From a virus (Duplodnaviria > Caudoviricetes), in IMG/VR virus record IMGVR_UViG_3300044724_004122, positions 1-59,245 of that record: 59,245 nucleotides of DNA. The stretch is one strand, 5' to 3'. Of this stretch, positions 51,867 through 59,245 are shown one piece after another; within the stretch, counting starts at the first letter, position 1; the number at the start of each line of letters is the position of its first letter. Position numbers and translations under genes: made by a program. The notes beneath the pieces were generated by a model, which did no database searches, was not told the origin of the DNA, and saw nothing but the letters and a program-made list of their open reading frames with translations.

Positions 51867-52106
51867 TTATGGAACTGGACGGGGAAGTATTGGTACAAAA
51901 ACATAGCCCAACGAGGTAACCCAGCTATGAACATCGAAGCCGTGCCACTCTGTTTGTATTGATTCAACAGAGGCTGGTGGAGTGACATGCCCCCAAATAC
52001 CAATAACTCTGTATTTTTTAAAATTTTTCTCTATTTGTATTCCTACCTGACCTGCAATAGATTCAGTTTGAATGTAATAGGTTATTGGTTGTGGGCTAAA
52101 CGACAT
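51867..52106 (-). CDS. Hypothetical protein
   Basis: 79 aa ORF in late-type operon. Confidence 0.55.
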   Translation of the reverse strand: MSFSPQPITYYIQTESIAGQVGIQIEKNFKKYRVIGIWGHVTPPASVESIQTEWHGFDVHSWVTSLGYVFVPILPRPVP

Positions 52107-52115
52107 TTGTTATTC

Positions 52116-53000
52116 CTACTTGCTGGGAGCATCAGTTCCTAAGTTGTGTTTTCTTAAAACTGCTCTCGACAACCTTCCCATTTCGTCGTCTGTAAGGGCT
52201 CTTGTGGCAGCGATAAATGTTCCAATTGAACCATTGAAGTTAAGTGCTGTCAATCCGCGAGCAGCCATGAAAAGCAACTTATCACTTATCCAGGCACTAT
52301 CAATGTTGTATGTGTTGCCGCCTGTGTAAGTTTGTGCGGTTGTCATTGCAACACCATTTACAAATGGTCTTGTGGTTGTACCAGCAGAACCGCCTGCGCC
52401 ATTGCGATTATAAACAACACCATGAACTATTGGTAAATCAACATCAACATTTGTTCCGTTGCTACCAGCAACACCACCTGTGTTGAGTCCATCGGGGTGT
52501 TGGTCCTGTCCATTATAAACTGTATAATCAGCCGCATCGCGTTCGATACCTGCTGTAAAGCCGTTTACATTGTACCACAAGGCATCAAGCTCTAAGACTG
52601 TTTTGAACCCACTACCGCCATTTACTTTTGCAAAATAAATCAAAGATAGTGCTTTTTTATTATTTAGTTGCGAAACATTTACCGCTGTTCTAAAAGCATT
52701 GTTAGTGCCGTCAAAGTCGAGAACTGGTTTATTGTTGTATAGACTAAAAGAAGGTTTGCGATTTGCAACATCTTGTGCTGTGAAGTGAGTATCAAATGCT
52801 CCAAGCGAGTCAAACCACTCATTTACTGTTTGACCAATGCCGTCAGTAATTGAGCCTGGGTCTAAACAAAAAAGTAGGTCGTCTCCGGTGATTGTTTTTA
52901 CAAGATTTAAAAATCCACCAGACTTGTCTTCTGCGGTGATAACCCCAGTAGAACGGCTTGATATAGAACCACCTTTTCCACCAAAGCCAGAACGCATCAT
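52116..53000 (-). CDS. Probable virion protein with LamG/concanavalin-like domain
   Basis: LDP.SIT..V.EW.D, PVLDFDG, FNGSIG....RALTDDE; G/N/T-rich. Confidence 0.65.
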   Translation of the reverse strand: MMRSGFGGKGGSISSRSTGVITAEDKSGGFLNLVKTITGDDLLFCLDPGSITDGIGQTVNEWFDSLGAFDTHFTAQDVANRKPSFSLYNNKPVLDFDGTNNAFRTAVNVSQLNNKKALSLIYFAKVNGGSGFKTVLELDALWYNVNGFTAGIERDAADYTVYNGQDQHPDGLNTGGVAGSNGTNVDVDLPIVHGVVYNRNGAGGSAGTTTRPFVNGVAMTTAQTYTGGNTYNIDSAWISDKLLFMAARGLTALNFNGSIGTFIAATRALTDDEMGRLSRAVLRKHNLGTDAPSK

Positions 53001-53404
53001 TAGCCAATTCCTACTGAACCTGAGTAGTTTGGTCCGTCATCTGTGCGAAGTTCGCTTTGAATGCCGGTAAGACCGGCGATGATAGAGCCTGTGCAATTCG
53101 CACCAGAGCCAGCAAGATAAACATAACGAACTCTAAAATCGCCTGTGTAACTTTCACCGTTGTCAAGAACAATTTTGTAGCCGTCGTCGCCAAGAACACC
53201 GTTAGCGGAGAAGCCGACTAAGAGTGGCACGTTTGCACCAGCGTGGGTGTTTTGAATTGTCAAGAAAGACGTAACGGCAGGAAACTTAATTTCTGTTACT
53301 GCGGTGTTTGACACAACGATGCTTGATGATAGAAATGGTTTTGCGCTCATTTGGTATTGACCAACTGAGCCTACTCCCGGTCTGTATTGATTTGGTCCAG
53401 CCAT
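53000..53404 (-). CDS. Probable virion structural protein
   Basis: G/S/T-rich beta protein, PGVGSVGQYQMS, GFSANG. Confidence 0.6.
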   Translation of the reverse strand: MAGPNQYRPGVGSVGQYQMSAKPFLSSSIVVSNTAVTEIKFPAVTSFLTIQNTHAGANVPLLVGFSANGVLGDDGYKIVLDNGESYTGDFRVRYVYLAGSGANCTGSIIAGLTGIQSELRTDDGPNYSGSVGIG

Positions 53405-53413
53405 TTTTTACTC

Positions 53414-53698
53414 CTAAGTGTTCTTTAAAACTTCCCAAATGGCGACACCAACGGACCCAATAATCCCTGTTGCGCCAATCCAAAGAACCTTACTCATGTT
53501 TGCTTTCCAAGCTTCTAGTTCTTTTAGACGAGAATAAATACCCTGGTCTGGGTTGTAAATGGCTTCTTTAATTTTGGTGATATCACCAGCCATTTCTTCG
53601 TTCTTTTCTTTGATAGTCATAATAACTTCTTCGATTCTTTTCAACGAGCCTTTTAGTTCTGCGAACTCGACCGCGTTGTTTATTCTTTCGTCTGGCAT
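53414..53698 (-). CDS. Coiled-coil protein with C-terminal TM (XhlA/holin-like architecture)
   Basis: Start MPDERIN; RLKELE..VLWIGATGIIGSVGVAIW; late motif 53724-53732. Confidence 0.6.
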   Translation of the reverse strand: MPDERINNAVEFAELKGSLKRIEEVIMTIKEKNEEMAGDITKIKEAIYNPDQGIYSRLKELEAWKANMSKVLWIGATGIIGSVGVAIWEVLKNT

Positions 53699-53746
53699 TA
53701 CTGCACCCTCATAAGGTTCAACAATAAATAGTTCCCCAAAATGTAA

Positions 53747-53768
53747 AGGCAGGGTGGTTAGCCCTGCC
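53747..53768 (-). terminator. Terminator-like hairpin
   Basis: GGCAGGG-CTAACCA-CCCTGCC then TTTACATTTT. Confidence 0.6.
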
Positions 53769-53792
53769 ATTTGTACAGACTTTACTGTGGTT

Positions 53793-54359
53793 TTAGTATT
53801 GGTCAGTTTCCTTGTAGCCCTGAATAAGAAAACGATGTTCTGTTAAGTCGGTTAGGTCGTCTCTACAAGTAACCTCAAACCTATCGTTATTATCGCCAAT
53901 CAATCTAATCTCTTGACCAGAGTTGGCAAAAGTCCAACGAACACCAGCATAACAAGTGTTGCCGTTGTTTACTTTGTTTTTTAGGTCAAGGTCGTAGCAA
54001 TAAGCAGCCCAATCAGTTAGTTTTTTAATTGGGTCGTTATTTGTGAAATCGTCTGTGCCGCCGTTGATTACTCTAACTTGAATGCCGTTTGTTAATTCAG
54101 CAATGCCAGCATACTGGTTAATGTTGGTTGCTGAACCTGTGTTTAGAATGTTTACAAGCATTCTGTGAATTCTCCAAATCTCACCGGCTGGTGGTTGAAG
54201 ATAAAAACTACCTGTGTTTGTTGAGTAGTTGCCATTAGCATTATTTGTTCCAGCATCTGAACCACTCAATCTCAAGTATTTAGTTATAATCTTTCCCTGT
54301 GGTCCAGACCTGTTGGTTTGTGAAGGTGATACTTTGTAGAAAAATCCTGACCTAGCCAT
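53793..54359 (-). CDS. Probable virion protein
   Basis: N/G/T-rich beta protein; late motif CTATTTAT 54382-54389. Confidence 0.6.
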   Translation of the reverse strand: MARSGFFYKVSPSQTNRSGPQGKIITKYLRLSGSDAGTNNANGNYSTNTGSFYLQPPAGEIWRIHRMLVNILNTGSATNINQYAGIAELTNGIQVRVINGGTDDFTNNDPIKKLTDWAAYCYDLDLKNKVNNGNTCYAGVRWTFANSGQEIRLIGDNNDRFEVTCRDDLTDLTEHRFLIQGYKETDQY

Positions 54360-54390
54360 TTATTTTATTCCAGTTGATAAAATAAATAGA

Positions 54391-54419
54391 AAGGCACGGG
54401 ATAAAAAACCCCGTGCCTT
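54391..54419 (-). terminator. Intrinsic terminator after RNR
   Basis: AAGGCACGGG/CCCGTGCCTT 10-bp stem. Confidence 0.75.
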
Positions 54420-54445
54420 ACGTTATTATGCCGATGTGAGTGCAG

Positions 54446-56305
54446 TTATACTACTTCACAAGCACCACCAGCACAAGCGGCTTGGTCTGTGAGGTTTGTA
54501 TTGTCATCAGCCTCATAAACATTTGTGAGGTCAATGTCAGTTAGAGACTTGAGCATGGCTTCATAAGTTTCTTTTGAGCAGTCCTCAAATGGAGCTTGGT
54601 CATAATTCCCGCCATCGTAGGGAAGAACTGAAAGACCATTATAAACATCACGGTTCTCCCACATCCATTCACCAACATCAGCCCACTCTGACTCACGGAT
54701 ACTTACCGTGGCTGAGACATTGTGGGTATTCTGTCCCTTGCGGTGTCCCTTCCTGACCCACTCCTTTGAAACCTGCGCCACTCGTTTGAGCATGGACATG
54801 GCAGACTCTGTTCGATAGATTGCTGATTCTGGTGCTTTCTGTGGAACAGAAATGACAGCAGTGTCATGGGGTCGAAAGTATTCATCTTCTACAAGCTCCT
54901 CGTGTGCCAGAGATAAGTAGCTGTAAATGGCTTCATTCTTTCCTACACGGATACGACGAATGTAATAGTCGTTGTGCCAAGCGTGGATGCCGCTGGAAGT
55001 TCCAAGAGTGAGAGAGGTTGTGCCTGCTGGCTTTACGCAAGTGGTTCTTGCTGCGGGTCTTACACCGATAAGTCCAGCAACTCTTTCATTTTCTTTTTTT
55101 ACTTCCTCGGCTGCTTTTGACATGTCGAGGTTGAGAACAGCACCAGAAGCAATGCCGGTCATTGATACACCAATGAGGGCGTCCTTCTCTGTGTTCCTGC
55201 GCCATACGTCGCGGAGATAGTGGAAGTCTGTGTAGCCTGCTTGGAGTGTGCCGATAAAAGCAGCAGCCTTCACACGGGCTTCGTATTCTTCTTGACTGTC
55301 AAGGTCAGAGGCATTTACTTCTGTTAGGTTGCAGAACTGGTAAGGTCGTAGTGCAATTTCGCAGCAAGGGTTCGTGCCCCAATCTTTGTCGTTGGAAAGA
55401 TAAATTCCTGGCTCACCTGAGCCTGACTTTTTAATTCTGTCCCAAAGTTTTAGGAAGTATTCTTTATCAACCTTGTGGCGAAGAATAACCGCTGAGTTAT
55501 TTGCTCTGCCGCGCTGTGGGTTTGTCTCCCACCAGTTGCCTGACTTGGAAGCAATCATTTCATCATCATCTGCGGAAAAGAGTGAAATAAGTGCTGCTCT
55601 GCGAATACCACCGGCTAGAACTGCGTCAGCGATGTGGCAAATAATGTCATGGACTTCAATAGGTTGTAGTTTATCTCCGTCTTGTTTCTCACGCAAAATG
55701 CCCTCTACTTTTACAAGGCACTCGCGAAGAGGTTGTGGTCCAGGGGCTTTGCCACCAGAAGTGACAAGTCGTGCGCCCTTTGGACGAATGTCCGAGAAGT
55801 CGAAACGAAGCTTTGATGTACCCTTGAAGTAAGAATACACGAGAGCCTTTACTGCGTCAGCCCAACCTTCAATGTTGTCGCTTACTAGGAAACGACGTGT
55901 GCGCTTTGGGTTTGGCTTGCGAATCTCTGGTAGTTTCTCAACGTGGTGAGCCTGGACAGAGAAACCCACACCTGTGCCGCCTAGAAGTAGGAACATGCAC
56001 TCACCAAATGAGTCAGCATGGTCAATAGGCATGTAAGCGCAGTTGTAAATGCGGTTTGGGGCTACTTCGATAGACTTACCACCAAACTGCATAGAGCGCA
56101 TGGATGGTAAAACTTTTTTTGTAAAAACAAAGTCCTTATAAACTTTTTCGATTTCCTCGGCAAGTTCGGGATACTTTTTTACATGCATTCGCATGTTTCT
56201 GTCGCAGAGTTCATCCCAAGTCTCTCTGCGCTCTTTTTCTGGTAAATACTTTGCGTATTTCATGTGGACAGTGATGTCCGAAAGTATTTGTGTAGCTAGT
56301 TCCAT
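54446..56305 (-). CDS. nrdJ: Ribonucleotide reductase, probably class II (B12-dependent)
   Basis: LPSMR, YNC, GGTGVG, GGIRRAA, TNPCCEI, CNLTE, TCVKPAGT, C-terminal CAGGAC; no beta subunit nearby. Confidence 0.85.
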   Translation of the reverse strand: MELATQILSDITVHMKYAKYLPEKERRETWDELCDRNMRMHVKKYPELAEEIEKVYKDFVFTKKVLPSMRSMQFGGKSIEVAPNRIYNCAYMPIDHADSFGECMFLLLGGTGVGFSVQAHHVEKLPEIRKPNPKRTRRFLVSDNIEGWADAVKALVYSYFKGTSKLRFDFSDIRPKGARLVTSGGKAPGPQPLRECLVKVEGILREKQDGDKLQPIEVHDIICHIADAVLAGGIRRAALISLFSADDDEMIASKSGNWWETNPQRGRANNSAVILRHKVDKEYFLKLWDRIKKSGSGEPGIYLSNDKDWGTNPCCEIALRPYQFCNLTEVNASDLDSQEEYEARVKAAAFIGTLQAGYTDFHYLRDVWRRNTEKDALIGVSMTGIASGAVLNLDMSKAAEEVKKENERVAGLIGVRPAARTTCVKPAGTTSLTLGTSSGIHAWHNDYYIRRIRVGKNEAIYSYLSLAHEELVEDEYFRPHDTAVISVPQKAPESAIYRTESAMSMLKRVAQVSKEWVRKGHRKGQNTHNVSATVSIRESEWADVGEWMWENRDVYNGLSVLPYDGGNYDQAPFEDCSKETYEAMLKSLTDIDLTNVYEADDNTNLTDQAACAGGACEVV

Positions 56306-57682
56306 TTAGTCTTTTCCTCCGTTTCTGAACTTCTTGTACTTTTCTTGTAACGACTCTTGCTGTTTCTTTGCAGCGTTGTCATTAATTTCTTCTGCTGTTT
56401 CGCCCGTCGAGGGAAGAACATCAATCTTAATGTTGCTCGTATCCATGAAAATAGGGTAAACGATACCATCAGGTCCGTTCCTGTTTTTTGCTACAAAGAT
56501 ACGTCCTGTGTTATTATTCTTGTCTGTAATGGTTCTGGATAGAGTGAAGATGAGGTCCGCTACGAAGCATTTGTTGAAGGCTTCGCTAATTGATTCCATT
56601 GTAACCACTTCTGCGTTTAGTCCGCTGCGGTTAGTTTGGCTTGCTGTCCAGACGGGACACTCAAACTCTTGTGCCATTCCCCGAAGGTCTTCATAAATAG
56701 TCTCTAATTCGATGCGTTTCTCCTTGTAAGAAGAAATAGGTTGCAAAAGGTCACCATAATCGACGCAAATTAAGTCAGGTTCAAAACCAGAGCGTCTTAG
56801 TTTTTCTAGGTGTTGTTTGAGTTTATTTACGTTAGCGGACTTTGTTGGGTATTCTTTTACAATAAGTTTTCCTTCAAGTTCTTTTACTTGGTCGTAAATT
56901 AAATCTTTGAAGGAATGTAAATCTTGAAGTTTTACTGATGTGATGCAACTGTCAAAGCGGCTGGCTACAACAGTGTCTTGAAGTTCAAGCGTATAATAAA
57001 CTACATTTTTTCCTTCCTTGACAATTTGTGCTCCAAGATGCACAAGAGCCATAGACTTTCCTGCACCCGTTGGAGCAATAACAACTCCCAACTCTCCGCG
57101 ACCTAAGCCACCCTTTGTAATGTCATCGATAATCTTCCAGCCCGTGGTCATGGGGTTGCGTGAGCGTTTTAGGAAGCGCTCTTCAAAGTCAATAAGATAG
57201 TCATAACCGTGGTCGTTGTCTAAGCCAAGTTTCATGGCTTGGTTGATAACTTCTGAAATTTGATCAAAAGAAGAAGTTTTCAAAAGTCCAACGGACTTCA
57301 TAATGGCTTCTTTTAGTTTTTGTTTCTTGCAAAAGTCAAGAGCAGTGACTTTGACATACTCTTCATCTTCGACTTGACTTGTTGCAACGATGCGAGCAAA
57401 GTAGTCCTTTACTTGCTTTTGTAGCACCTCTGACTCTTCTTCCATTTCAGTTTTAATAATGGAAGCCATTATCTCAACAGAAGGGTGCTTCTCAAACTTC
57501 TGTCGATAGTTGGCTAAACGCTCATAGAATAGCCGAAGGTATTTTACTTCCAAGAAGTAAGGGTCAAACACGTCTGACATTTGGTCGAAGAACGACCTGT
57601 CATAAAACATACTTTGGACCAACTTCTCTTGGAAACTTTTACCGAACTTAGAAAATGTTTCATTCTCGTAGTCTAGTTTCAT
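56306..57682 (-). CDS. Replicative DnaB/T4 gp41-like helicase
   Basis: APTGAGKS, YTLE, VDYGDL, WTASQTNR, KNRNG. Confidence 0.92.
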   Translation of the reverse strand: MKLDYENETFSKFGKSFQEKLVQSMFYDRSFFDQMSDVFDPYFLEVKYLRLFYERLANYRQKFEKHPSVEIMASIIKTEMEEESEVLQKQVKDYFARIVATSQVEDEEYVKVTALDFCKKQKLKEAIMKSVGLLKTSSFDQISEVINQAMKLGLDNDHGYDYLIDFEERFLKRSRNPMTTGWKIIDDITKGGLGRGELGVVIAPTGAGKSMALVHLGAQIVKEGKNVVYYTLELQDTVVASRFDSCITSVKLQDLHSFKDLIYDQVKELEGKLIVKEYPTKSANVNKLKQHLEKLRRSGFEPDLICVDYGDLLQPISSYKEKRIELETIYEDLRGMAQEFECPVWTASQTNRSGLNAEVVTMESISEAFNKCFVADLIFTLSRTITDKNNNTGRIFVAKNRNGPDGIVYPIFMDTSNIKIDVLPSTGETAEEINDNAAKKQQESLQEKYKKFRNGGKD

Positions 57683-57693
57683 TTGGTTCTCCG

Positions 57694-58659
57694 TTAGTCC
57701 TTGTTCAAGGAAATGTTTCGCATGGTGCCCCAGAGTTGGGTAAAGTTGTAGTTCCCAAACCCATCGAGGGTCATCATTTTATTTATCTCCATCAGGTTAA
57801 AGTCTTGACAGCACTCACGAAGTGTCCAATCAATTTTTGCTTTTGTTCTGCTGGAAATGGCTGGTGAGTATAGTTGCATCAACTTGTAGTTTTCTGAAAC
57901 TAACTCTTTGTGCTCTACGATACTCTCAAAGATTTTTGCTTTGTTCTCGGGCTTATCGCAGACTTGGATGAGTTCGTTTAGGAACACATCACGGTCCTCC
58001 ATTAGAAGCGGGAAACGCTTTGCTACTGTTTTGAGTCCAGCCCGTGGCACACCGTCAAGGTTGTCTGACTTGTCGCCTACGATGGCGCGAGCCAAAGCGA
58101 AGTTTCTTGGGTGAATAGAGAACTCGTCCAAGATGCCCTGCTTCGTGACTGTCTTGTCTTGAATAGGTCGATAAACAATAGTTTTGTCATCGCAGAGTTG
58201 GAAAAAGTCTTTATCGGAGGAAACAATAACCTTTTCCACGTCTGGGAAGCGAGACACGATGTAGCCCACAAGGTCGTCTGCTTCTACGTTCTCTGAGATA
58301 AGTTGTGCCACGGGCATCTCATTTAGATACTCAACGAGCCTGCCCATTTGCCAGATACGGTTTCTGAACTGTTGGTTATCAGACATGTAGGTATTGGGAC
58401 GGTTGAAGCGGATAGGCTTACGCCCTTCCTTATAATTTTTATTCTGTGTTCTCCGCTTGAGAGAACCACCTTCACCGTCCCACACTACCACTACAAAATC
58501 TGGCTTAATAATGCGGCACTGCTTTTGTAGGGACTTCAAAAAGCCCTTGCAGCCACCGATTGGTTCGCCATTTGATGATAGCGAAGGGTCTACAACATAG
58601 TTGCGTAAAAAAGAGTTATTTCCATCTACTATCATCATTCTGTTCATTTTAGTCTCCAA
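57694..58659 (-). CDS. 5'-3' exonuclease / flap endonuclease (PolI N-domain, T4 RNase H-like)
   Basis: IVDGNN, VWDG, YKEGR, EADD, SSDKDF, GDKSDNLDGV..AGLKT. Confidence 0.92.
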   Translation of the reverse strand: METKMNRMMIVDGNNSFLRNYVVDPSLSSNGEPIGGCKGFLKSLQKQCRIIKPDFVVVVWDGEGGSLKRRTQNKNYKEGRKPIRFNRPNTYMSDNQQFRNRIWQMGRLVEYLNEMPVAQLISENVEADDLVGYIVSRFPDVEKVIVSSDKDFFQLCDDKTIVYRPIQDKTVTKQGILDEFSIHPRNFALARAIVGDKSDNLDGVPRAGLKTVAKRFPLLMEDRDVFLNELIQVCDKPENKAKIFESIVEHKELVSENYKLMQLYSPAISSRTKAKIDWTLRECCQDFNLMEINKMMTLDGFGNYNFTQLWGTMRNISLNKD

Positions 58660-58861
58660 TAAAATCGCCCAGGCTTTTGAGGAACCACGCTTGGAAAGCT
58701 TCTTCGTCCCAAGTGTGTAGTCCGTGCATATACATAAACCAATCTTTGAACTGCTCTGTTAAATCTACATTTACATCTACGGAGCCGTCTTCATTCTCAC
58801 GCAAAGTCTTTACTGTTATGCCGAAATTCCTCGCTAGACCCCCTGACATTTCTAACTTCAT
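58649..58861 (-). CDS. Hypothetical protein
   Basis: Start uncertain (MKLEM or MSGG). Confidence 0.55.
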   Translation of the reverse strand: MKLEMSGGLARNFGITVKTLRENEDGSVDVNVDLTEQFKDWFMYMHGLHTWDEEAFQAWFLKSLGDFIGD

Positions 58862-59245
58862 AAGTGTCTTCCCCTGTGGTGTAAAAAACTTTGCGGACTC
58901 CCACAAAGTTTAACACTTGATGACACATACAGCAAGGCTTGGACATACGAAACTTGTCGTAGTTGTTGATACGAACTACAAACAAGGAAGCGCCCCTTGT
59001 TGATTTCTCGGGCACTCCAAGGATAGCGGAAATTTCTGCGTGTTGGGTTGCATGACCAAAGTTGTGAAAGTCTCGGAAGCGTTGTCCAAAAGCACAGTAG
59101 CAACCTTTGTTGAAGCCAACTGATACAACTGAACCTCCCTTGACTAAAACAGCACCGTGACGTAGTTTGCCATAGGTGCTTTCTTTTGCCATGCGTCGTG
59201 CCAACTCAAAATACCGCTGCACACGCTTGCTAGATTTTTTTATTT
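58797..59245 (-). CDS. Cytidine/dCMP deaminase-like protein, 5' end beyond window
   Basis: HGAVLV..G.N, HAE, SKPCCMC; frame open to window edge. Confidence 0.85.
   Translation of the reverse strand, partial: IKKSSKRVQRYFELARRMAKESTYGKLRHGAVLVKGGSVVSVGFNKGCYCAFGQRFRDFHNFGHATQHAEISAILGVPEKSTRGASLFVVRINNYDKFRMSKPCCMCHQVLNFVGVRKVFYTTGEDTYEVRNVRGSSEEFRHNSKDFA

Noticed and set aside
43714-57682. Inteins or introns in DnaE, RNR or helicase
   Set aside because: Lengths are normal, motifs are contiguous, and no intein splice-junction or LAGLIDADG pattern was seen
31316-58861. Long gene overlaps (31316, 39844, 48168, 58797) as programmed frameshifts
   Set aside because: No slippery sites seen; simple C-terminal run-on into the next gene explains them
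1-59245. Plus-strand ORFs in the track
   Set aside because: All are antisense shadows of better minus-strand genes, with no recognisable motifs, RBS or promoters
1-59245. Alternative genetic code (stop reassignment)
   Set aside because: TAA, TAG and TGA all end well-defined genes, and conserved genes are uninterrupted in the standard code
1-59245. tRNA or rRNA genes
   Set aside because: No T-loop/CCA cloverleaf or rRNA sequence found by eye; tRNAscan would be the definitive test
1-59245. Bacterial chromosome or eukaryotic giant virus origin
   Set aside because: Single-strand dense small genes, phage-type helicase/HNH-AP2 and scattered housekeeping homologs argue against a chromosome; DnaE, SD sites and sigma70 promoters argue against NCLDV

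Overview
Segment of a large dsDNA bacteriophage genome (jumbo-phage-like; no capsid, terminase or portal gene in this window). Every credible gene is on the minus strand and uses the standard code. Right to left: a replication/nucleotide block (deaminase, 5'-3' exonuclease, DnaB/gp41-like helicase, class II-type RNR, glutaredoxin, GroES, thioesterase, ThyX, SLT, DnaE, thioredoxin, IMPDH/GMPR), probable virion genes, GroEL, UvsE, an early accessory region driven by about 15 sigma70-type promoters (three double CCHC zinc-knuckle paralogs, ParB-like, HNH-AP2, MoxR plus VWA pair, a tandem array of tiny KOW/SH3-like genes), and a probably late array of unrelated enzyme domains (several ADP-ribosyltransferase-like, two GNAT-like, NUDIX, zeta-like kinase, ParB-like, zincin). 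Those enzymes carry a shared N-terminal leader MKxLLENWxxFLxE. The best candidate for a new system is this leader-tagged effector library, which looks like an expanded T4 capsid-targeting/(I/L)xE-cleavage system for injected proteins. A CglF-like gliding protein and a myxobacterial-type lipoprotein point to a Myxococcota-related host. All family assignments come from motif recognition and recall, not database searches. Several starts were adjusted from the ORF track and several short genes were added by manual translation.
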